Shown: piece by piece, positions 19,397-29,193 of the stretch
Position numbering within the stretch: position 1 is the stretch's first letter
Layout of the letters: the number at the start of each line of letters is the position of its first letter
Source: an uncultured bacterium
GTDB lineage: Bacteria; Actinomycetota; Acidimicrobiia; Spongiisociales; UBA5794
Length of the DNA stretch: 64,000 bases
Reading direction: 5' to 3'
Assembly (NCBI GenBank): GCA_963801165.1
Contig: CAWDDT010000009.1
Coordinates: forward strand, 352,001 to 416,000
Position numbers and translations under genes: made by a program
Notes under the pieces: generated by a model
What the model saw: the letters and a program-made list of their open reading frames with translations, nothing else
Database searches by the model: none
What the model was told of the DNA's origin: nothing

Positions 19397-19430
19397 AGGC
19401 CCCGCCGGCACCCGGCCGGCGGGGGCTTTC
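19397..19430. terminator. Hairpin terminator after hsp20
   Basis: GC-rich imperfect inverted repeat CCCCGCCGGC..GCCGGCGGGG followed by TTT. Confidence 0.55.
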
Positions 19431-19496
19431 TCGGAACGGGCTCTCAGTGGTCTCCGGTGATCGAGCGACGGACCCAAATGAAGCGCGTAGCGGCGT

Positions 19497-20429
19497 TCAG
19501 CCGGAGTACAGGTCGCCGGCGAGGTACTTCAGCCCGGTGTCGACCGCAACCGTGACAACTGTGTGGCCCGAGCCGAGCTCCTTGGCGAGCTCGATCGCTC
19601 CGGCCACGTTGAGGCCGGTTGAAGTTCCTGCGAGCAGGCCCTCCTCTGCCGCCAGCCGGCGTGCTGTCGATCGAGCTTCAGCCTCATCGACGGTTCGGGC
19701 TTCGTCATACCGATCGTGATCGAGGAGCGGTGGCATGAACCCGATGCCGATCCCCTCAACGTGATAAGTCCCGGATCTGCCTGCGGAGATGAATGGGGTC
19801 GTTGCCGGCTCGAAGATCACGACTCTGGCGTCGGAGCCTCCGTCGGCAAGTGCAGACGAGACACCCATGGCCAGCCCCGCAGTACCGACAGCCGCACAGA
19901 ACACATCAATCGGTCGGTCCATCTGTTCCATTGGCTCGTCTCCGACACCTCGATACCCAACGAGAGAGTCGATGTTGTTCATCTGGTCGGTCCAGTAGGT
20001 CCAGGCTCGCTGGCATACTCGGCGGCTTTTGCCATCATCCGGGGTATCAGATCTGGAGTGATCTGCCCATTCTCACTTGGCACGATCGTCAGATCGGCGC
20101 CAAATGCTCGCATCGTCTCGAGCTTCTCCTCGGCGAACGCGTCGGATGACACAACCTTGAACTTGTATCCCTTCGCCGCACAGACATAAGCCAGTGACGA
20201 CCCGGTGCTACCGCCGGTGTACTCGACAACGGTCATCCCCGGACGCAGGGCGCCACGCTTCTCCGCCTCCTCGATTATCGCCAGAGCCATGCGGTCCTTG
20301 TACGAACCGGTGGGGTTGAACCACTCGAGCTTGACAAACACGGACGCCGCGTCGTGAGGCACGATCTTGCGCAATTGCACGACGGGGGGTTCCGCCGGCG
20401 ACGTCGATCATCGAATCTCCAGCGCGCAT
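19497..20429 (-). pseudogene. Cysteine synthase (CysK/CysM-like PLP enzyme), doubly frameshifted
   Basis: GGTP|VQL..KLEWFNPTGSYKDR, EYTGGSTG, GTAG, HVEGIG, GTSTG, DTGLKYL spread over three frames; shifts near 20385 and 20000. Confidence 0.8.
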
Positions 20430-20567
20430 GACTCTCCCTCGCTTCGCCGAGTTTCGGAGCATAGAACCACGCGTCTTGATCGAGCGGCGAGATGGGCGCC
20501 GGATTCGAGTGCTCGAAAAGCGATCGATCAAGGCTGACGACGCGCAACCAGGTGCAATACTTCTCGG

Positions 20568-21734
20568 GTGCTGGGTCCGATCCGCTCTCTGTACGCTCTT
20601 CGGCCGGGTGCGCCGATGCCCTTGCTGCTGGCTGCGGTTTCGGTCACGGCAATGTTTGGTGCGACCCCGTTTCTGATACCGGTAATCGCCGGGCGCTATG
20701 GCGTCACGGAAGGTTTTGCCGCTGCCATCTCTGTTGTCCAGGTGGGTGTGTTTGCGGTGGTGACGTTGACGTTTCCCCGCTGGCTGGCACCTTCGGGCGT
20801 GCTTTTCCGATTGGCGGGCATCGTATTCCTCGTAGCGAATCTGGTGAGTGCCGGTCTATCGGACTTCTCGATGTTGCTCGTCTCTAGAGGCGTAGCGGGC
20901 GGAGCAGCCGGGGTGCTGACCTGGATAGCGTGGGCGGACGCGATGCGGACACCGCGTTCGTTGGCGGCGATCGCGTCGGCGGGACCGCTGACGGCTCTTC
21001 TCGCCGCGCCGGTTCTCGCTGGACTCGCGCAGCTCGGCGATCGGGCCGTTTACCTCGCACTGGCGTTGGTGTCGGTTCCCGCAATGCTCCTCACTTTTCA
21101 CGATACGGCGGTCAAACCCGAGGAGCGACGCGTTAGCGGGTCGCGGTCGAATCGGGTCCTGTTGTTCGCTTTGTTCTCACTCACGCTCTTTGCGACAACC
21201 CTGTTCGTGTTCGAGGCTGTTGCCGCACGTGATCTTCTTGGCCTGAGTCCCGTGGCGGCGTCGCTGGGTTTCAGTCTCAACGCCGCCGGCGGTTTGCTTG
21301 GTGCCCGTCTGGCATCACGATATCGCCGGCCGGGATGGTGGGTAGCGAGCATCGGTCCTGCGGCATTTCTGTCGGTTGCCGGCGGACACCCGGCCTTCTA
21401 CTTTCTCAGCATGGCGTGGTGGGGGTTTTCGTATTGGATTGGGGTACCGGGTGTCCTCCAGATGCTGGCGGATCGGTCAAACGAGCCCGGCGAACGAGCA
21501 GGGGACGCACAAGGCTATATGGCGATCGGTCGGACGATTGGGCCGGCAGTTGGTGGTGCATTTGTCGATGCTTCGGCGTTTCTACTGCTCTCTGTGGTCG
21601 CGGCCATCGGCATGGCCGCCTCCGGCGGGATCGTCATAGCGGTACAGGAAGGCAGGGAGGGCTTGCCTCCAACTGCGCCACAAGGGCCTGCCCGAGCCGG
21701 ATCGGATCAACCCCCAAACGTCGCCGAGCAGTAG
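20568..21734 (+). CDS. MFS transporter
   Basis: About 12 hydrophobic segments; IGRTIGPAVGG motif. Confidence 0.8.
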   Translation: MLGPIRSLYALRPGAPMPLLLAAVSVTAMFGATPFLIPVIAGRYGVTEGFAAAISVVQVGVFAVVTLTFPRWLAPSGVLFRLAGIVFLVANLVSAGLSDFSMLLVSRGVAGGAAGVLTWIAWADAMRTPRSLAAIASAGPLTALLAAPVLAGLAQLGDRAVYLALALVSVPAMLLTFHDTAVKPEERRVSGSRSNRVLLFALFSLTLFATTLFVFEAVAARDLLGLSPVAASLGFSLNAAGGLLGARLASRYRRPGWWVASIGPAAFLSVAGGHPAFYFLSMAWWGFSYWIGVPGVLQMLADRSNEPGERAGDAQGYMAIGRTIGPAVGGAFVDASAFLLLSVVAAIGMAASGGIVIAVQEGREGLPPTAPQGPARAGSDQPPNVAEQ

Positions 21735-21972
21735 AGGATGTCGCGCTACGTTTCAGTACAGGTCACGCGGTGCCATTTCATTGGGTTTGTGAAACCCTGC
21801 GCGACGTAGTGAACCCCCGTGAATCCGCCGAATGGCACCGGGAGGGCACCCGGGTGACCCACTCATGGCGACAGCGAAGACGAATGTCGGTGCTAGCGAG
21901 GAGGTGTCCGGCGTGCCACTTGTCCCCTCCGCAGGGGCATCCAGCGGATCTGTGTCCCGACGGTGTCATCAC

Positions 21973-22863
21973 CTAGAGGTTCACCGCAATGAGGACCACA
22001 CCGGCTGCTACTGCTGCAGTGCTGGCGACCAGTGTGGTGTCGATTCGTTCCTCGCTCTTGAGAAAGATGTAACTCAAACCAATGACCCAGAGCACCTGGG
22101 TGCTCTGAAACACGGCGTAGACCCATGCCGGGATGAGGGTGAGCGCCCAAAACTGCGAGATGAGGGCGAAGCTGAACGCCGCCCCTGCCGCTACGAACCA
22201 CTTGTTGACGTTGCGGAAGTTCTCAGTGAGCCGGGTCCTGAAGCGCCCTCGGATGACATCACCGATGCTGAGGAACGCAAGCCCGGTGGTGGCGCCAATC
22301 AGCACTCCGAGCACGGCGGAATCGAACGACTGCAGTCCCCACTTGCGCAACACGAAAGCGAGTCCGAATAGCAGCGGTGTGGCGACGGCAAAGACATAGC
22401 CGAGCCCACCGGTCGGCTTGTCCGTTTCTTGCCCTGCGACTGCCGCAGCAGATGAGCGCCTCAGAATGAGGGTCACGAGGCTGCCTATCACGAGGAGTCC
22501 GCCCAGGGCGTCGACGAGACCGAGAGGCTCGTCCAGGACGAACCAGCCGATCGCCGCGGTAACTACTGGTGTAGCGTTGATGAACACACTCGCTCGGGTT
22601 GCTCCGACAAAGCGGATCGCTCGGAGGCTGGTGTGGCGGCCTCCAATCATTCCGACGAGACCAGCCGCGGCCAATGCGGCAACGCCAGTGCTGCTCCAGT
22701 CGGGTTTGGCGACGAACACGCCGACCACCCCGACGGTGAGAACGTTGACAAAGATCGTCATGTAGAGGCCATCGTCACGCGGACTTGTGCGCATCCCGAC
22801 GCGGGCGAACATCGACGAGACCCCAAAGAAGAACGCCGCGGCGAGACCAAGCGCAACACCCAT
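21973..22863 (-). CDS. DMT/EamA family transporter
   Basis: Ten TM segments; AIRFVGATRAS, PVVTAAIGWFVLDEP. Confidence 0.88.
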   Translation of the reverse strand: MGVALGLAAAFFFGVSSMFARVGMRTSPRDDGLYMTIFVNVLTVGVVGVFVAKPDWSSTGVAALAAAGLVGMIGGRHTSLRAIRFVGATRASVFINATPVVTAAIGWFVLDEPLGLVDALGGLLVIGSLVTLILRRSSAAAVAGQETDKPTGGLGYVFAVATPLLFGLAFVLRKWGLQSFDSAVLGVLIGATTGLAFLSIGDVIRGRFRTRLTENFRNVNKWFVAAGAAFSFALISQFWALTLIPAWVYAVFQSTQVLWVIGLSYIFLKSEERIDTTLVASTAAVAAGVVLIAVNL

Positions 22864-23099
22864 GGTGGCTCCTTACAAGGGCGACTTCTTACAGAACCGG
22901 TCGAGAGAGGTTCCGCATTCGCTCGCAACGCACGGTCGCAGCGAACCGTCGAACGCCTCCGGCAGTTGACGGAACACTACCCATGACAATTCCGGCCGCT
23001 GACACAACGGTGACCGCCACTCGCGCGAGCAGCCAGATGGTCCCTCGTGCGTTCTTGCCCTCGCCGGTTCCCGCATCATTTTGGGATGCAAATTCACAA

Positions 23100-23124
23100 G
23101 GAACCGCCTCTTCGAGGCGGTTCC
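23100..23124 (-). terminator. Hairpin terminator beyond the distal att copy (likely the original tRNA-Phe terminator)
   Basis: GGAACCGCCTC-TTC-GAGGCGGTTCC directly downstream of the tRNA 3' fragment. Confidence 0.65.
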
Positions 23125-23125
23125 C

Positions 23126-23168
23126 GTGGTCAGGGACGGCGTCGATCCGTCGACCTCTGGTTTTTCAG
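23126..23168 (-). repeat. att site: 43-bp duplicate of the 3' part of tRNA-Phe
   Basis: GTGGTCAGGGACGGCGTCGATCCGTCGACCTCTGGTTTTTCAG identical to 32609-32651. Confidence 0.95.
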
Positions 23169-23299
23169 TTCGCTGCTGGGCATTTCGGAGATGCCCGTTG
23201 TCGCCTCGAATACCGCCGAAACAGCCCGAATTCATTGAGGATTCACACCCCTCAACGTCTTTCATCATCTTGTGTCAAATCGCGTTGTTTCTCGACTTA

Positions 23300-23332
23300 T
23301 CGCGCCCTCAGCGCGCCCTCGGCCCGCCCTGA
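23300..23332 (+). repeat. Three 11-bp tandem repeats (putative integrase arm-type sites)
   Basis: TCGCGCCCTCA GCGCGCCCTCG GCCCGCCCTGA; two matching copies at 32517-32538. Confidence 0.7.
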
Positions 23333-23409
23333 GTGGGTCCCGGATGTCGATCTCCTTGTTGGCGGCCGCCGTGAACTGCCCGCTCGAGGTCATCCAGATC
23401 ACCTATTAC

Positions 23410-23569
23410 CCCGCACGTTGTCGAGCACCCACTGGCGAGAGATATCGGGCAAATCGGTGTACCCCTTCGGATGGCGAATGCCACAGCCAGTATTCGAGAC
23501 CCCGCACGCATCCGTGCCGTTCTAGTGGGGTCGGCGAAATGCTTGTTCTCGCAACGTATTTGTTGTTCT
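23410..23569 (+). repeat. Island intergenic element, copy A (longest)
   Basis: 23468-23569 aligns ungapped to 25413-25514; 23410-23452 aligns to 27343-27385; core GCGAAA-N7-TCTCGC at 23534-23552. Confidence 0.8.
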
Positions 23570-23719
23570 AGGACGGGCAGGGAGGCAGCGCGAAACCGAT
23601 CACCTATGGTTCATGCCCCGATTGGTTATTCGTCTGGAACGACATGGTCGTAGGTAACCTCGACCTCGCCGGTAGCGTGATCGATCGGCCTGTGCCTTGC
23701 CGACGAGGACTTCTAGGAT

Positions 23720-24457
23720 ATGACAGACATGAATAGGGCGATCGTATGGCCGATTGTCGTTGTTGCCGCCGTGGTAGTGGCCATTGTCGCGTGGCGGTGG
23801 GTCGACAAGGAGGAGCCGCCGCCGCTGGGTCCGATCGCATTCGAGACTGCCGTTCCGGATCCGACGTCTGCTGAACTCGTCCCTGAAACGTATTGCAGCC
23901 CATCGGTTCCCGGGTGGAATGCGTCGGGAGAGGCCGAAATGTCACAGGCTGAATTGGTCGCTTGGTATTCGGACCGTTTCGGCCCGGTCAACGATCAAGT
24001 CACCGAGTTCATCAACGAGGCTCTCAACTCGCCTGGGCCTGGATATCGCGGACCTAGGACGTTGGTGTTGGATGATCTGCAGGTCATCTACGGCACCATT
24101 GACAATGGCAGCACATGGTTTGCGGTTCGTACCTACGAATCGGTAAGCCACCTGTGCCCGCCTCGCGACACCGACGTCTGGGACCCGGAGCAAGTCACGG
24201 CGTGGTCATACGAAGGTGTCTGTGGGCATGTGATCCGCTTCTACGGTGTCGAGTTCGGCACACGCGGCTACGGGACAAACGCCAGCGATCGAAACCAAGC
24301 CTCTCTCGCCGAGCCTCCCGAAGGCTGGGACGTTCTCCTATACCCGAACGGGCGCAGTGTCTCATGGTCACTCGAGGACCCAAGCCGCATCTACGCCAAC
24401 CCAGGCGACGGCAACTGGTATGAATACAACCGCGACAACCTCTGCTACCTCGACTGA
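23720..24457 (+). CDS. Hypothetical membrane-anchored/secreted protein
   Basis: N-terminal TM (AIVWPIVVVAAVVVAIVAW), acidic extracellular part with Cys; AGGA RBS. Confidence 0.65.
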   Translation: MTDMNRAIVWPIVVVAAVVVAIVAWRWVDKEEPPPLGPIAFETAVPDPTSAELVPETYCSPSVPGWNASGEAEMSQAELVAWYSDRFGPVNDQVTEFINEALNSPGPGYRGPRTLVLDDLQVIYGTIDNGSTWFAVRTYESVSHLCPPRDTDVWDPEQVTAWSYEGVCGHVIRFYGVEFGTRGYGTNASDRNQASLAEPPEGWDVLLYPNGRSVSWSLEDPSRIYANPGDGNWYEYNRDNLCYLD

Positions 24458-24497
24458 GACATCGCCACAACGAGTATTCGGCGGACCAAGCGGGGAG

Positions 24498-25313
24498 GTG
24501 CCGTTTGGCGACGACCCGGTGTGTCTGGAAGGGATGGATCCCGCCACCACACCCCTACCCGGGCCCCAACCGACAGGCGGAGACGGGTGGGCCTTTCTTG
24601 CTGTCGTGGACTCTATGGTGGGTGATCGACCGACCGTCATCACCGACGCCGAGGCTCTCCACGGGCTGTGGAATCGGCTGGGTGGCGAAGGGCCCCCACC
24701 AAGCGCCGATTTCGACACCCACATCGTCGTAGGATTCGCTTTGCTCCACAGCGGGTCGTGTCCGGAGACCCGATTCGACGACGTCGTCGTTGAAGGCGAC
24801 CTCGTCTATCCGGTCATATCTCACCTGAGCACTCAACAGTTCTGCACCGACGATGGGAACCCACGCACCTATCTAATCGCTATTCAACGCGACCGGCTGC
24901 CCACACCACCGTTCCGGATTTCATACCAGAAGGGGACGGTCCTAGAGGTGCAAGTGATAGCCGATCTCCGCGAGCCGGGAAGCCTCGCCACAGAAGGCGA
25001 AACCGAAGACATCACCGCCGTGCCGCCTCGCACCGCGACTCAGACACCGTTGATAATCGAACCCGGCTTCCCATGGCCCTTCACCCTCGACCCAACCTGT
25101 GGAACTGAGTACCTGGGAGTCATCAACGGGGTCGGCTGGCACATCGCCGATGACACAGACCTCCCCGTCGAATGGGATGCAGCCACCGTCAACGGCCTCC
25201 TAGACCTAGAAATCGTCCTCAAAGAGGGCCCCGAACCCTCCCTCACCGCCACCGCCGTAGAACGAGACGTCCTCTACCTACCAGGACCGGACGAAGGAAA
25301 CCCCTGCGACTAG
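24498..25313 (+). CDS. Hypothetical extracellular protein with PrcB C-terminal-like segment; start uncertain, possibly 5'-truncated
   Basis: PPPSADFDTHIVV..SGSCP..CTDDGNPRTYLIAIQRDRLP; no signal peptide in frame. Confidence 0.5.
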   Translation: MPFGDDPVCLEGMDPATTPLPGPQPTGGDGWAFLAVVDSMVGDRPTVITDAEALHGLWNRLGGEGPPPSADFDTHIVVGFALLHSGSCPETRFDDVVVEGDLVYPVISHLSTQQFCTDDGNPRTYLIAIQRDRLPTPPFRISYQKGTVLEVQVIADLREPGSLATEGETEDITAVPPRTATQTPLIIEPGFPWPFTLDPTCGTEYLGVINGVGWHIADDTDLPVEWDAATVNGLLDLEIVLKEGPEPSLTATAVERDVLYLPGPDEGNPCD

Positions 25314-25412
25314 ACACAGACCAGGCACTGCCACCAGCAACAGGCGTCCGGCCTACCCGTCGTGTCCCAACTGCTCTGACGTAGATGAGGAACTCCGTTC
25401 GATTGGTAGCCC

Positions 25413-25514
25413 CGGATGGAAGCCATCACCATCGGTATTCGATACCCCGCACGGCGAGGTGCCGCTCTAGCGCTCGCAGCGAAGGGCGTGATATCGCTGC
25501 GAATTTGTTGTTCT
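25413..25514 (+). repeat. Island intergenic element, copy B
   Basis: 70/102 identical, ungapped, to 23468-23569 (manual count); core extends to CGCAGCGA-N11-TCGCTGCG. Confidence 0.8.
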
Positions 25515-25638
25515 CGAGTGGGGTTGAATGGTCTTTGATGGTGCCGGTCGGTGCCTTGTGGCTAGGAGCCTCGTAGGCACCCTGCGAGGCTGGTCCGATA
25601 GTGACATACAGTTAGCTTGTTCCGTCTACTGGTCCCTT

Positions 25639-25666
25639 GGGAACCTTGGGAGGGCATCTACGCGTC
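25639..25666 (+). promoter_or_regulatory. ECF sigma-type promoter
   Basis: GGGAACC-N16-GCGTC upstream of the META lipoprotein. Confidence 0.7.
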
Positions 25667-25699
25667 CAACCCGTAGTAGAAGCGAAGGGGTGGACAGCA

Positions 25700-26479
25700 G
25701 TGAAACTCACAAAAGCGGTAGCTCTCGGCGCTGTCCTCGTTGTTGTCGGTTGTGGCTCTCCAAACCCTGAGAGCGCGTCAACCGAGAATGAACCAACCAG
25801 TGCTGCGCCGACGTCCAGTGCTGCCCCGACATCAACACTCCCGGGGGTCGAGCTTTCGGTGGACAACGGGGTTGCCAACGGGGATAAGCAGTTCGGTATT
25901 CGGAATGCGGGTTGGCTGTTGGTGTCAGGCTCGGTGGACGAACAGCCGATCCCGACAGAGCCCGATCTGGTGATGCGTTTCGGTGAAACCATCCTCAGCT
26001 TCCCGTTGTCGTGCAACTCGGGGTCGGTCCCCTACGAAGTCGACGGCACCTCGATCGAGTTCGATCTCGACCACTTCGCAACAAGCCTAGAAGCGTGTTC
26101 GACAGACCAAGCGGACATGTTCGAAGCCAGCCTGCCCCGGGTCGAGACGGTAACGATGAGCGACGATGAACAGCATCTCGAGTTCGAAGGTGACGGTGTC
26201 TCTATGCAATTCGTCAGCAGCACCGCCAGCTCCGGCCCGCTCCGCTACATGTTGGGTCGCCTTGTGTGTTCTCCTGGGGTGGTTGTCGAGGAGAGAGTTC
26301 CCGACACCGGCCAAGACCAACTGGAGGTCGCTCGAGCAGCCGCACGTGACGTCGTCGAGGTCGAGTCCGATTCGCCACTGTGGTGGTGGGGACTCGACCA
26401 AAACGGAACAGTCATTGTCGCATTAGCTCTAGGAGACGCCGACGGAGCCGACTACCAGGTCTGGACCTGCGAACCCTAA
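25700..26479 (+). CDS. META (HslJ-like) domain lipoprotein
   Basis: MKLTKAVALGAVLVVVGC lipobox; W.LVS..SCN...Y..DG..T..AC pattern of the META domain. Confidence 0.7.
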   Translation: MKLTKAVALGAVLVVVGCGSPNPESASTENEPTSAAPTSSAAPTSTLPGVELSVDNGVANGDKQFGIRNAGWLLVSGSVDEQPIPTEPDLVMRFGETILSFPLSCNSGSVPYEVDGTSIEFDLDHFATSLEACSTDQADMFEASLPRVETVTMSDDEQHLEFEGDGVSMQFVSSTASSGPLRYMLGRLVCSPGVVVEERVPDTGQDQLEVARAAARDVVEVESDSPLWWWGLDQNGTVIVALALGDADGADYQVWTCEP

Positions 26480-26541
26480 AACAGGACGTTCTGACCCAGA
26501 ACCCACCGAAATTGACTGGACCCTTGCAGCACGACAAACCT

Positions 26542-26620
26542 GCGAGCACCACCGTGAGTGATCCACTTCGCGAGCGCGCAAGTGCCGTTCGGGGACACTT
26601 TGCGAAATGCTCGTTCTCGC
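26542..26620 (+). repeat. Island intergenic element, copy C (degenerate)
   Basis: GTGCCGTTC-N11-GCGAAATGCTCGTTCTCGC with the same spacing as copy A. Confidence 0.7.
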
Positions 26621-26674
26621 TTCAGTGTCATCATCGGGGTGTCCGGCGGGTTGGCTCACGTTCGAGCGATCTGC

Positions 26675-27082
26675 TCAGGTTGGGTCGTTAAAGCGGACGC
26701 GTTGTTTGAGCCATGTGGCGGTCCAGGTTTCGTCGACTTCGCTGGCTGCGATGGCGAGCATGGCCGCTTCGGATTGCTCGATGTCGGGTGGGTCGGGTTC
26801 CCAGGTGCCGTCGTTGAGGTCGATGAACATCACCAGCGCCGCCCAGGCAGCCCGCTTGTTCCCGTCAGGGAGCGGATGATTCCAAGCCAACCGGCAAACC
26901 AGCACCGCTGCCTTGTCATAGAGGTCGGGGTAGAACTCGATATCACCGAACCCGGCTTGAGGGGCGTGCAACGCCGAGTCGGCCAGCTCGGATCGGGACG
27001 CTTTGGCGAGAGTATCGGCGTCGACACCGGTAGCTTGTTGGGCCAGCCAGAAGTACTCGGCCAGCGTGATGTAGCGAGTCAC
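26675..27082 (-). CDS. Fic/Doc (death-on-curing) family toxin
   Basis: SALHAPQAGFG, KAAVL, NHPLPDGNKRAA. Confidence 0.92.
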   Translation of the reverse strand: MTRYITLAEYFWLAQQATGVDADTLAKASRSELADSALHAPQAGFGDIEFYPDLYDKAAVLVCRLAWNHPLPDGNKRAAWAALVMFIDLNDGTWEPDPPDIEQSEAAMLAIAASEVDETWTATWLKQRVRFNDPT

Positions 27083-27288
27083 TGGGCGAGGCGCTCCAGC
27101 AGTTCCCGGTCGCGGTCGAGGAGTCGCTTGGCGCGGCTGGTGAAGTCCTCGTCTTGGCGGACTCGCCCGATTTCAGCCTTGAGTGCATCGACGATCAACG
27201 CATTGACGCTGGTGCCGTTGACGCGGGCGACGGCCTCGGCATCGTCAGCGAGGTCCTCGGGAAGACGGACGGTGGTCTGTTTAGTCAT
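27079..27288 (-). CDS. Ribbon-helix-helix antitoxin
   Basis: MTKQTTVRLPEDL..SVNALIVDAL..RDRELLERLAQ; stop overlaps the toxin GTG. Confidence 0.85.
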   Translation of the reverse strand: MTKQTTVRLPEDLADDAEAVARVNGTSVNALIVDALKAEIGRVRQDEDFTSRAKRLLDRDRELLERLAQ

Positions 27289-27294
27289 GCCCTC

Positions 27295-27310
27295 ATGATA
27301 TCGCGATATC
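27295..27310 (-). promoter_or_regulatory. Operator and -10 of the Doc TA operon
   Basis: Perfect palindrome GATATCGCGATATC overlapping TATCAT, 6 nt before ATG. Confidence 0.7.
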
Positions 27311-27342
27311 GAGACAGCGCAACCGCCCATAACGCCAACCAA

Positions 27343-27385
27343 CCCGCACATTATCGAGCGCCCCTGAGCGAGAGATATCCGGCAA
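27343..27385 (+). repeat. Island intergenic element, copy D (5' segment)
   Basis: 35/43 identical, ungapped, to 23410-23452 (CCCGCAC.TT.TCGAGC.CCC....GCGAGAGATATC.GGCAA). Confidence 0.75.
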
Positions 27386-27592
27386 TATGCCGGTAGTCCC
27401 GTTATCTGGAAAACACGTTGGGTGGCCGAAGTGTCGGTTGGTGGCGCGCCGAGGATGGCGTCGCTCCGGCGGACACGCCACGCAGCGTGACAACCTGGCC
27501 ATCTGCTGGCAGCCTCGAGCAACCGGTGCTGGGCAGATCCTGCAGGCCACCGACAGCTCCTGTCGCGTTTCCCGTAGAACTTCGAGTCTCTG

Positions 27593-28372
27593 CTACTCGA
27601 TCAGAGTGAGAACGTCGGCTATCACAAGCTCGGTGGCGGCTTCGATGTCGTAGCCCTCCGGCCAGGCGGTCACCAGCGGACGGATGTCTTCGCGGTACGC
27701 CGAGCGCTTCGCCTTCTCGCGGAGGTTGAGTTCTGCGCGGCGTTTGCTGTAGCCGTCGGGGCGGTACGGAGCGAAGGCCTCAACAATCGACGATGCTGGG
27801 ACGCCGAGCCTGGTGAGGGCTAGCCAGAGGTCGAACAGGTCGCGCCCCTTCGATCGCTGGAAAAGGGCTCGGATCTTCGTCGCCACGACCTCGTCGAGGG
27901 TGAAGGTGAGCACCTCGGCACTGCCCGTGAACCAGGAGGACTCGACACGGTAGGGGATCCTGATCGGCGGGCGTGCCGGCGAACGCTCGAAGGTGTTGAC
28001 CTCGATCTTGACCCGCATCTGGCCTACCCCGGTCTCGTAGGCTGCCCGGAGGAATACCTTGGGGTGCTCGCCGATTCTTGTCCGCACCTCCATGCCAAGT
28101 CGCTTGCCTATCTGGGTCACGGCTCGGGTGAGGTCGCTAATCCCTCCTCCGGTGCTGCGGACGTAGTCGAGATCCTCGCTGTAACGCAGTGGCTCGGGGG
28201 CGTGGAGCTTGTGCAGGCAGGTGCCGCCCCGGAATACCAGCTCGTCGCCGAGGTAGTCGTCGTTGGCTATCTCAACGATCAGTCGGGAGAGCAGCAGGTC
28301 TTGCTCGATCTGCTCGACCGTCGGCCACGGAACTGCGCGGCCCCACTCGGTGATGGCGGCTCGGGGAATCAC
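27593..28372 (-). CDS. AbiEii/AbiGii nucleotidyltransferase toxin (type IV TA)
   Basis: EQDLLLS, FRGGTCLHK, RYSEDLD, KIE, KIRALFQRSKGRDLFDL; GTGA overlap with the antitoxin stop. Confidence 0.92.
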   Translation of the reverse strand: MIPRAAITEWGRAVPWPTVEQIEQDLLLSRLIVEIANDDYLGDELVFRGGTCLHKLHAPEPLRYSEDLDYVRSTGGGISDLTRAVTQIGKRLGMEVRTRIGEHPKVFLRAAYETGVGQMRVKIEVNTFERSPARPPIRIPYRVESSWFTGSAEVLTFTLDEVVATKIRALFQRSKGRDLFDLWLALTRLGVPASSIVEAFAPYRPDGYSKRRAELNLREKAKRSAYREDIRPLVTAWPEGYDIEAATELVIADVLTLIE

Positions 28373-29187
28373 GACGACTCCTCGTCCGGGTACTCGGCGA
28401 CGATCACGTTCCAGCGGTGGTCGATAGTCCCGGATCGCCCGTAGCCAGGATCGAGCGGTGTGGGTGTTGTCCGTGAAGATGCGAGGGGCAGCAGCGGTTC
28501 GGTGTCCACCTCCACCTCGACTTGCCCTGCCATGTAGTCGAGGAGCCATCCGGTGCGCTGAACAATCGATGCGGGATAGCCGGCCGCAGCTTCGGCGAGA
28601 CGACCAACATCAACCGCTCCCTCGGTCAGCATCTCTCCGATGACGGTGGCAACGTTGAACAAGGCGCCGCTCTCATCAGGGAACGCCACCAGATCGAGCA
28701 CCGTCGCTTCTGGAGTGGAGACACGCATCGTCCCGGTTGGAGTGTTCACGCTCTCGGTGGGACGATCCGAAGTGTGTACGGAGGTGATGAAATCGATGCG
28801 AACCCGCCCCAATGTCCGGTCTCGAAGCCGCGCCGATGTCATCACCTGGAACACCTGCGGACGCTGATGAGCGGACCCGTGGATCTCGGCCGCCGACAGC
28901 AGACATACGTAGTAGTCGTGGCCGAGATGCTGCATCATGGGATCCACAAAGTGAGCGGCCGGGACGGCGTCCCAGGAGCGGAACTCGGGCGGGATGGCGA
29001 CATAGAGCCCCTTGGTTGGGCTGAATAGATGTCCTCGCCGCCTCGACTGAGCCAGCGACGGCGCCACATGGTGCTCTGGGATTCCGAGTAGCTCAGCAGC
29101 CTGGCTCGTGGTCACCCAATGGCGTCCCCGAGACAGAAGCCAGTCCGCCAGCTCCCGGGGCTCAACCGAACCCGTCACGTCAGTCAT
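28369..29187 (-). CDS. AbiEi-family antitoxin
   Basis: N-terminal wHTH, GLYVAIPPEF, YYVCLLSAAEIHG, VSTPEATVLDL, DHRWNVIV. Confidence 0.9.
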   Translation of the reverse strand: MTDVTGSVEPRELADWLLSRGRHWVTTSQAAELLGIPEHHVAPSLAQSRRRGHLFSPTKGLYVAIPPEFRSWDAVPAAHFVDPMMQHLGHDYYVCLLSAAEIHGSAHQRPQVFQVMTSARLRDRTLGRVRIDFITSVHTSDRPTESVNTPTGTMRVSTPEATVLDLVAFPDESGALFNVATVIGEMLTEGAVDVGRLAEAAAGYPASIVQRTGWLLDYMAGQVEVEVDTEPLLPLASSRTTPTPLDPGYGRSGTIDHRWNVIVAEYPDEESS

Positions 29188-29193
29188 GTATCA

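Noticed and set aside
23253-23280. dif/pdif site (TTGTGTCAAAT resembles a XerD arm)
   Set aside because: No XerC-like arm at 6-bp spacing
23410-27385. CRISPR array or classical attC array
   Set aside because: Repeats are long, diverged and kilobases apart; no cas genes; no RYYYAAC/GTTRRRY ends; no obvious IntI-specific insertion in the integrase
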